DNA of 64,000 nt from NCBI GenBank assembly GCA_040383665.1, contig JBEIDC010000005.1, forward strand, positions 353 to 64,352, given 5' to 3'. Position 1 is the first letter of the stretch. Every line of letters begins with the position of its first letter. The notes under the pieces were generated by a model. It saw only the letters and a list, made by a program, of their open reading frames with translations. It searched no databases and was not told the origin of the DNA. The position numbers and the translations under genes are program-made. Shown here in pieces: positions 60,881-64,000 of this stretch. This DNA is from Caulobacter sp. Its GTDB lineage: Bacteria; Pseudomonadota; Alphaproteobacteria; Caulobacterales; Caulobacteraceae.

Positions 60881-62935
60881 ATGAAGCACCGGCTTTTCGC
60901 GACCGCCGCTCTGGCCATTCTGTCGGCCGCCACCGGCGCCAGCGCCGAGGCGGACATCGCCCTCGAGTCCGTGGCCGGCGCCGCCGGCCAGCAGGGCGTC
61001 ACGCCCTACGCGGCCGCCTTCTTCACCGCGTTTCAGCCCACCACCGCGTTCGACATGCTGGCGCGGGTGCCCGGGTTCGCCTTCGATGGCGGCGACAGCG
61101 TCCGGGGCTACGGCGGCGCGGCGGGCAACGTACTGATCGATGGCCAGCGCCCCGCGTCGAAGAATGACTCGCTGGAGAATGTGCTTCGCCGAATCCAGGC
61201 CGGTCAGGTCGAGCGCGTCGACATCATCCAGGGCGGCGCCCCGGGCATCGACATGCAGGGCAAGTCCGTCATCGCCAACGTGGTCCTGCGCAGGGATGTC
61301 GGCGGCCAGTGGCTGCTGGCTGTCGCTTCCTCGGTTTTCCAGGATGGGCGGACGACGCCGGCGGTCCGGTTCGAAGGCTCTCGCGGACTGGGCGACGGCA
61401 AGTTCGAGTGGTCGATCCTGCCCTTCACCTTCGTCGATGACGGCGCGGGTCAAGGTCCTCGCACACGCCGCGATGGCGCCGGCGTCCTGCTGCGGGACAG
61501 CGTCTCCGACGAGACAGGCGGCGGACGGGGCATGGAGGCCAAGTCCGGGTGGAAATCCCCGCTCGCCGACGGCCGCCTTTCGCTGAACTCCAGCTTCCGC
61601 CAGGAGCACTACGAGTGGTCGCTCAACGAGGTCGCCACCTTCCCGGCCCCCGGGCGGCTGTTCGTCGATGACGACTACCGCCAGACCGACGGCGAGATCG
61701 GCGGCAGCTGGGAGCGGTCGCTGGGCGCCAGGTCCAGGATCGAGCTGACCGCCCTCACAAACCGTCGCTACACCGAGTTCAGTTCGGCCTTCGATGACGG
61801 GACGGACGACGGCGTGTTTTCCGAAACCGCCGAGCGCGGCGAGAGCATTGTGCGTGGGGTGTTGCGCTACACCCTGTCTCCGACGCTGAGCGTCGAGGGC
61901 GGCGGCGAGGCGGCGTTCAACTTTCTGGATAGCAGCACCGACCTTGTCCAGAACGGGGTCCCGGTCGTCCTTCCCGCCGCGACCGTGCGGGTCGAGGAGC
62001 GGCGCGGGGAGGTCTTCGGCTCCACCACCTGGCGGCCCCGCGAAGATCTGTCGATCGAGACCGGCCTGCGTGTCGAGGTTTCAACCATCACACAGAGCGG
62101 CGACACCGACCTCGAGAAGTCGTTCACCTATCCAAAGCCCCGACTGTCGGCGACCTGGTCGCCCACCCCCTCGGACCAGCTGCGCCTGCGTGTCGAGCGG
62201 GAAATCGGCCAGCTCGACTTCGGCGACTTTGTCTCCTCGACCGCCTTCTCGACCGGTGTCGTCACCGCCGGCAACGCCGACCTGGAGCCGAGCAGGCAGT
62301 GGACGATCGAGGCGACGTATGAACGCAAGTTCTGGAAGGACGGCGCGGTTGTCCTGACCCTGTCGCACGAGCAGATCACCGACGCCACGGACCGCGTTCC
62401 GATTATCGGACCGGGCTATGCCTTCGACGCCCCCGGCAACATCGGTGACGGAACGGCTGACAGTCTGGAAGTGTCGGTGAACCTGCCGCTGGGCCGGTTC
62501 GGCGTCACCGGCGGGCTTCTCAAGATCAAAGGCGAATGGTCCCGGTCGGAAGTCACCGATCCGACCACCGGCGAGACCCGGCGCATGAGCGGCCAGGAGC
62601 CGTTCGAGGGCGAGATCAACTTCTCCCAGGACCTGCCCCGCTACCGTTTCCAGTGGGGGGTCAACATCCGCTCCGGTTTCGAGGAGACCTTCTACCGCTT
62701 CGACCAGATCGAGAAGGTCGAGATGGAGCCCTGGTACCAGCTCTACGTCGACTACAGGCCGACCCCGACCTTCAGCGTTCGCGTGGAGGCCCAGAACCTG
62801 GCGGCGCGCGACTACATCCGGGATCGTCAGGTCTACGCCGGTCCGCGCGACACGAGCGCGCTCGCCTACACCGACCGGCGACCGCTGGACTTCGACCCGT
62901 TCGTCTACATCCGCGTGCGCAAGACGTTCGGCTGA
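60881..62935 (+). CDS. TonB-dependent receptor-like outer-membrane barrel
   Basis: Signal peptide; plug GNVLIDG, GNADLEP; C-terminal beta strand YIRVRKTF. Confidence 0.85.
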   Translation: MKHRLFATAALAILSAATGASAEADIALESVAGAAGQQGVTPYAAAFFTAFQPTTAFDMLARVPGFAFDGGDSVRGYGGAAGNVLIDGQRPASKNDSLENVLRRIQAGQVERVDIIQGGAPGIDMQGKSVIANVVLRRDVGGQWLLAVASSVFQDGRTTPAVRFEGSRGLGDGKFEWSILPFTFVDDGAGQGPRTRRDGAGVLLRDSVSDETGGGRGMEAKSGWKSPLADGRLSLNSSFRQEHYEWSLNEVATFPAPGRLFVDDDYRQTDGEIGGSWERSLGARSRIELTALTNRRYTEFSSAFDDGTDDGVFSETAERGESIVRGVLRYTLSPTLSVEGGGEAAFNFLDSSTDLVQNGVPVVLPAATVRVEERRGEVFGSTTWRPREDLSIETGLRVEVSTITQSGDTDLEKSFTYPKPRLSATWSPTPSDQLRLRVEREIGQLDFGDFVSSTAFSTGVVTAGNADLEPSRQWTIEATYERKFWKDGAVVLTLSHEQITDATDRVPIIGPGYAFDAPGNIGDGTADSLEVSVNLPLGRFGVTGGLLKIKGEWSRSEVTDPTTGETRRMSGQEPFEGEINFSQDLPRYRFQWGVNIRSGFEETFYRFDQIEKVEMEPWYQLYVDYRPTPTFSVRVEAQNLAARDYIRDRQVYAGPRDTSALAYTDRRPLDFDPFVYIRVRKTFG

Positions 62936-63003
62936 CCGGGTTCCCCGGCCGCTTGAGACCCCTCGGCTCCGCCCCGAACCGGAGCCGCTCCCAGGCCAGG
63001 GAA

Positions 63004-63038
63004 GAAGGGCCCCGGAGTTTGCTCTCCGGGGCCCTTCG
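63004..63038. terminator. Terminator between convergent genes
   Basis: gaagggcccc.gga / tccggggcccttc stem. Confidence 0.65.
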
Positions 63039-63065
63039 CCATCTTCAGGATGGGCGCTCTGCTAC

Positions 63066-64000
63066 CTACTGGCGTTCGTCGGCGGCGGGCTGGGCCGATG
63101 CGTCATTGGCGCCATGGGCCCAGTGCTTGATCAGGAAGCTGAGAAGCACGAACACCACGCCCAGGCCCACGCCGGTCCAGCCGAGCCAGTGGAAGCCGCC
63201 CAGCGACGTCTCGAGCGCGGCCTGGGGGTCAAGCACCTGGCCGCCAACCGTGGCGGACCCCAGCCGGCCGGCGATGACGCCGCCAATGAAGTGAGCGATC
63301 GAGCTGGACAGGAACCAGACGGCCATCATGAAGGATACGATCGAGGCCACCGACAGCTTGGTGATCTCCGACAGGCCGACTGGCGACAGGAAGAGCTCAC
63401 CGGTGGTGTGCAGCAGGTAGAGCGCGGCCAGCACCAGCAGCGGCATCTGGAAGGCCGGGCTCACGAAGCCCGCCCTGGCCGCCCAGACCACGACCAGGAA
63501 GCCGAGGCCGACCTGGGCCAGGGCGAGGCCGAACTTCATCACCGGGTTCGGGTCACGCTTGATTCGACCGAGGAAGAGCCACATCGCCCCGAAGATCGGC
63601 GCGAAGATCAGGATGAAGCCGGAGTTGAACGACCCCGTCTGCGCCGCGGTCAGACCCATGTCGATCCAGATCGCGTCGGTCGGCGAACCGGCGGCCTGAT
63701 ACATGGCCTGGGTGGCGAGGAAGAAGTCCTGGCCAAGGATGCTGATGGTCGTCGGGGCGCTGATCAGCGCCAGGTCGACGTTGCGATCCGCGAACAGGCT
63801 GAGCGAGGTGCCGGCCTGTTCGAAGAGGGTCCAGAAGACCACCGAACCGAAGATCAGGACCACGGCCAGCATCATCCGCTCGCGCGCGATCTTGTCGCAC
63901 TTCGCCACCACGAACCAGGCGATGTAGAGGAGCGCCGCAGCCGTGCTGAGGCCCAGGGCCCAGCCGACGATCGTATGGCTCTGGACCATCCACCAGATCA
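63066..64000 (-). CDS. POT/PTR family peptide:H+ symporter, C-terminal part (runs off right edge)
   Basis: FWTLFEQAGTSL, GELFLSPVGLS. Confidence 0.93.
   Translation of the reverse strand, partial: IWWMVQSHTIVGWALGLSTAAALLYIAWFVVAKCDKIARERMMLAVVLIFGSVVFWTLFEQAGTSLSLFADRNVDLALISAPTTISILGQDFFLATQAMYQAAGSPTDAIWIDMGLTAAQTGSFNSGFILIFAPIFGAMWLFLGRIKRDPNPVMKFGLALAQVGLGFLVVVWAARAGFVSPAFQMPLLVLAALYLLHTTGELFLSPVGLSEITKLSVASIVSFMMAVWFLSSSIAHFIGGVIAGRLGSATVGGQVLDPQAALETSLGGFHWLGWTGVGLGVVFVLLSFLIKHWAHGANDASAQPAADERQ

Overview
GC-rich alphaproteobacterial chromosome segment, most consistent with Caulobacteraceae (pdeA with a GEDEF motif next to thrC and the cox operon, CIRCE-controlled groESL, a CIR-like repeat). 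It is mostly core genes: ileS-lspA, mutL, rsmD/rluB, groESL, nrdA/nrdB, bdhA, tsaC, yqgE, pdeA, thrC, the aa3 cytochrome oxidase operon and tldD. Small accessory inserts include a YnbA/YnbB-like phospholipid cassette, two type II TA modules, an orphan YjhX toxin, a CHAP hydrolase and a CVNH-like repeat protein. The most striking non-coding signal is a set of palindromic intergenic elements from several families. One family flanks a DUF559 endonuclease gene as 48-bp inverted repeats with compensatory base changes and also occurs as gene-less copies, suggesting an autonomous/non-autonomous mobile system. mutL (+1) and coxB (-1) carry single-base frameshifts in short homopolymers, which are either assembly errors or a mutator signature. 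No tRNA, rRNA, CRISPR array, integrase or prophage was seen. Family names come from motif recognition, not database searches.
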